From positions 6,194 to 70,193 of the forward strand of contig CAIRTK010000028.1 of NCBI GenBank assembly GCA_903881475.1: a stretch of DNA of 64,000 bases, written 5' to 3'. Source of the DNA: an uncultured Opitutia bacterium (lineage in GTDB: Bacteria; Verrucomicrobiota; Verrucomicrobiia; Opitutales; Opitutaceae). A program made the position numbers and the translations under genes. Of the stretch, positions 63,143 to 64,000 are shown piece after piece. The notes under the pieces were generated by a model. That model saw only the letters and a list, made by a program, of their open reading frames with translations, did no database searches and was not told the DNA's origin. Every line of letters starts with the position of its first letter. Within the stretch, counting starts at the first letter, position 1.

Positions 63143-64000
63143 TTACCGGAGAAAGGCCGGGATCTTTTCCCCGGCGACCATCTGCTCAAAGGTTTCGCGG
63201 GCGTTGATGAGCTCGAAGGCGCTGCCATTCACCAGGACTTCCGCGGGCATGCCGCGCGTATTGTAGCGGCTGGCCATCACCCGGCCATAGGCCCCGGCGC
63301 TCATGAAGGCCACCAGCTCCCCTTCGCCGATGTCCTGGATCTGCCGGTCCTTCGCGAAGCAGTCGCCGCTCTCGCAGACTGGGCCGACGATGTCGGCCAC
63401 AAGGGCGCGCCGCGAGCTGTCCCGGTGCACCGGCACGATCTCATGGTAGGAATCGTACATGGCCGGGCGCACGAGGTCGTTCATCGCCGCATCCACGATC
63501 AGGAAGTTTTTGCCCGCGCCGCGCTTCAGGTGCTCGACGCGCGCCAGCAGCACGCCGGCATTGCCTACCATGAACCGGCCGTGCTCGAGCAGGATCCTCA
63601 GCCCCAGCGGCGCCAGCAGCGGCGTGAGCACCGCGCCATAGGTCTCGGGGGTGAGCGGACGCTGGTCCGCGGGCAGCGCGTCCCACCACGCGGCCTGGCC
63701 GCTGGCCAGCGCATCGCGATAGACAATGCCCATGCCGCCGCCGATGGAGAAGTACTCGATGCCGTGGTTCGCCTTCAGCTCGGCCACCAACGGCGTGACC
63801 TTGGTCACCGCCTCCACGAACGGCCCCACCTCGGTGAGCTGCGAGCCGATGTGCATCTGCACGCCGCGGATGCGGAGATTCTTCAACTTTGCCGCGGCCT
63901 CGTAGGCGGCGGCGGCGTGCCGGAGCGGTATGCCGAACTTGTTGTCGCTTTTGCCCGTCGTGATCTTCGCATGGGTATGGGCGTCGACATCCGGATTGAT
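63143..64000 (-). CDS. lysA: Diaminopimelate decarboxylase, C-terminal ~285 codons (5' end beyond window)
   Basis: The frame is open to base 64000 (INPDVDAHTHAKITTGKSDNKFGI...). Also HIGSQ, SIGGGMGI, EHGRF and GPVCESGD. Confidence 0.93.
   Translation of the reverse strand: MNPDVDAHTHAKITTGKSDNKFGIPLRHAAAAYEAAAKLKNLRIRGVQMHIGSQLTEVGPFVEAVTKVTPLVAELKANHGIEYFSIGGGMGIVYRDALASGQAAWWDALPADQRPLTPETYGAVLTPLLAPLGLRILLEHGRFMVGNAGVLLARVEHLKRGAGKNFLIVDAAMNDLVRPAMYDSYHEIVPVHRDSSRRALVADIVGPVCESGDCFAKDRQIQDIGEGELVAFMSAGAYGRVMASRYNTRGMPAEVLVNGSAFELINARETFEQMVAGEKIPAFLR

Overview
A high-GC chromosomal segment, with hand-counted 60-nt lines mostly 63-70 % G+C. Gene content and the FTLLE-type prepilin N-termini suggest a Verrucomicrobia/Opitutaceae-like organism, but that assignment is inference only. 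About 55 protein genes, 2 tRNAs and many short palindromic intergenic repeats can be supported. No rRNA, CRISPR array, integrase, transposase or phage gene was recognised.

Gene order, left to right:
- 2-7352: end of an outer-membrane (OM) barrel/TonB-like receptor, hexuronate catabolism (UxaE-like, uxaC, eda), a lipoprotein, an M23 peptidase and tRNA-Leu(CAG).
- 7603-9759: a P-loop protein with a degenerate Walker A, then aroC.
- 9991-26074: a split type II secretion system (T2SS). gspD-E-F lie on the + strand (9991-15152) and gspG-H-I-J-K-L-M on the - strand (20767-26074).
- 15298-20419, between the two T2SS halves and co-directional with the pseudopilin operon: a DUF3570/ApbE/TlpA-thioredoxin/DUF4266 module plus a 620-aa Ig-repeat protein.
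- 26150-28366: a low-GC S9 peptidase islet next to tRNA-Arg(CCT).
- 28763-33800: a large membrane protein, a stand-alone rpsR, tsaC/sua5, a frameshifted hisC and a HAD hydrolase.
- 33933-37082: an arsR-arsC-DUF6428-acr3-arsN1 operon with a candidate operator.
- 37223-47430: a GH4 glycosidase, katG, a DEAD-box helicase with an N-terminal RGG tail, two tandem PilT-type ATPases, a VOC protein and a small secreted protein.
- 47615-53088: a sugar-phosphate isomerase, then a hybrid histidine kinase (HK), a GNAT, an Hpt protein and a LuxR-type response regulator (RR).
- 53215-64000: a Cys-containing hypothetical, an EamA/GATase-like/GNAT trio, a second TIM-barrel isomerase, SSF and MFS transporters, gpsA, a PhyH-like dioxygenase and the 3' part of lysA.

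The most interesting signal is that two proteins next to ApbE each carry a D-x-(I/L)-A-G-A-T sequence. These are the DUF3570 barrel and the Ig-repeat protein. The sequence matches the strict positions of the ApbE flavinylation motif, which suggests an undescribed flavinylated envelope or secreted system embedded in the T2SS locus.

All calls rest on reading the ORF translations and the DNA by eye. No database search, HMM or folding program was run. Family names are from recollection of motifs, and start codons are best guesses.
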